A DNA stretch of 64,000 nt, taken from the human T2T-CHM13v2.0 reference genome, Homo sapiens. Made by a program: the position numbers and the translations under genes. Below the pieces are notes generated by a model, which saw only the letters and a program-made list of their open reading frames with translations, was not told the origin of the DNA and made no database searches. The DNA lies in assembly GCF_009914755.1 (NCBI RefSeq), contig NC_060942.1; one strand, written 5' to 3'. Positions within the stretch are counted from its first letter, which is position 1; every line of letters begins with the position of its first letter. Shown one piece after another: positions 63,086-64,000 of the stretch.

Positions 63086-63380
63086 TTTTTCCAGGAACCC
63101 AAAATTATCCATAATTGGAAATTTGCATCTTCAACATCAACACAGCCATTTTTCTTTGGGTGTGATTCAAGTATGAGCTGAGCTATGATTAGGTCAGTGA
63201 GCATTGTCCATAAATGTACTTCCAATGCCAACCCCAGAGTTATTTATACCTTTTACAGTTGCATATTTATTTTTTAAAATCATTTCTTGAAGACACTTAC
63301 TTCACTGCCTTCTTATCAGTTTTCCCTGTCTATTCTCCTTCATTTATATCTCTTTGATTGTTATAAAGGAGACAGTTTTT

Positions 63381-63679
63381 GGCCTGGTGCAGTGGCTCAC
63401 GCTGGTAATCCCAGCACTTTGGGAGGCTGAGGCAGGTGGATCACCTGAGATCAGGAGTTCGAGGCTAGCCTGGCAAACATGGTGAAACCCCATCTCTACT
63501 AAAAATACAAAAATTAGCCTGGCATGATGGGGGTGCCAGTAATCCCAGCTACTCAAGAGGCTGAGGCAGAAGAATTGCTTGAACAAGGGAGACAGAGATT
63601 GCAGTGAGCCAAGATCGCACCACTGCACTCCAGCCTGGGAGACAGAGCAAGACTGTCTTGAAAAAAAAAAAAAAAAAAG
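63381..63679 (+). mobile_element. AluSx-like SINE
   Basis: Full dimeric Alu with poly(A). TSD AAGGAGACAGTTTTT / AAGAAGACAGCTTTT. Confidence 0.97.
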
Positions 63680-63954
63680 AAGAAGACAGCTTTTTTAGTA
63701 ATATAAATATAAGTCATTATGTACAAGGAACAGTTAAGAATTTTCCACAAGAACATTTAATGTTAATATAATTTTAAATTATCTAGGTCTTCGACAAAAT
63801 CAATTTTGCGGAAGAAAGTTCAGTAGTAGAAAGAAAGACAGCCAAGTATTATGTGCTTCATGATGGAGGTACATGACACCACCTACAAGTCTCATTTTCA
63901 AAACAATCAAACCTGAATCTAATTAACTGTCCCGATCAAAAATTGGTCAGTTTT

Positions 63955-64000
63955 GGCCAGGCACAGTGGCTCACACCTGTAATCCCAAAACTTTGGGAGG
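63955..64000 (+). mobile_element. Alu 5' end (cut by window edge)
   Basis: GGCCAGGCACAGTGGCTCACACCTGTAATCCCAAAACTTTGGGAGG. Confidence 0.95.

Noticed and set aside
63344-63756. ORFs resembling database 'hypothetical proteins'
   Set aside because: These are antisense Alu translations.
63366-63960. Both terminal Alus preceded by CAGTTTT
   Set aside because: The match is short and does not extend upstream. It is consistent with coincidence in AT-rich target sites.
1-64000. Protein-coding genes among the listed ORFs
   Set aside because: All are 60-164 aa, often start at non-ATG codons, are low-complexity or lie in repeats, and show no recognisable domains apart from L1, Tigger and APOA4-like remnants.
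1-64000. CRISPR array, operon or prokaryote-type system
   Set aside because: This is mammalian repeat-rich DNA. Direct repeats occur only as two or three copies, with no repeat-spacer series.
1-64000. CpG-island promoter
   Set aside because: CpG is depleted throughout, and the few clusters lie in Alus or LTRs.

Overview
AT-rich primate (human-like) genomic DNA, intergenic or deep intronic. I see no CpG island, no recognisable host protein-coding exon, and no tRNA, rRNA or CRISPR. Much of the window is transposon fossils: five Alus, several L1s (an old L1MD-like ORF2/3'UTR, L1MA/L1PB/L1MB/L1ME 3' ends, and an L1PA-type 5'UTR-ORF1-endonuclease stub), L2, MIR and L3 remnants, MaLR/ERVL solo LTRs, and hAT/Tigger MITEs. 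The listed ORFs are chance or repeat-derived. The most striking observation is a decayed fragment of apolipoprotein A-IV (APOA4) coding sequence inside an ERVL-type LTR at about 20.8-21.0 kb. This is probably an ancestral gene capture by the LTR family rather than a new locus. Other points of interest are a ~145 bp dispersed direct duplication, a templated insertion at an L1 deletion junction, a 5'-to-3' fused old L1, PBX-HOX/MEIS-type motif clusters, a perfect 40 bp palindrome and a few candidate + strand exons. I found no evidence for a new multi-gene system. Repeat subfamily names come from remembered consensus sequences, and most boundaries are approximate.
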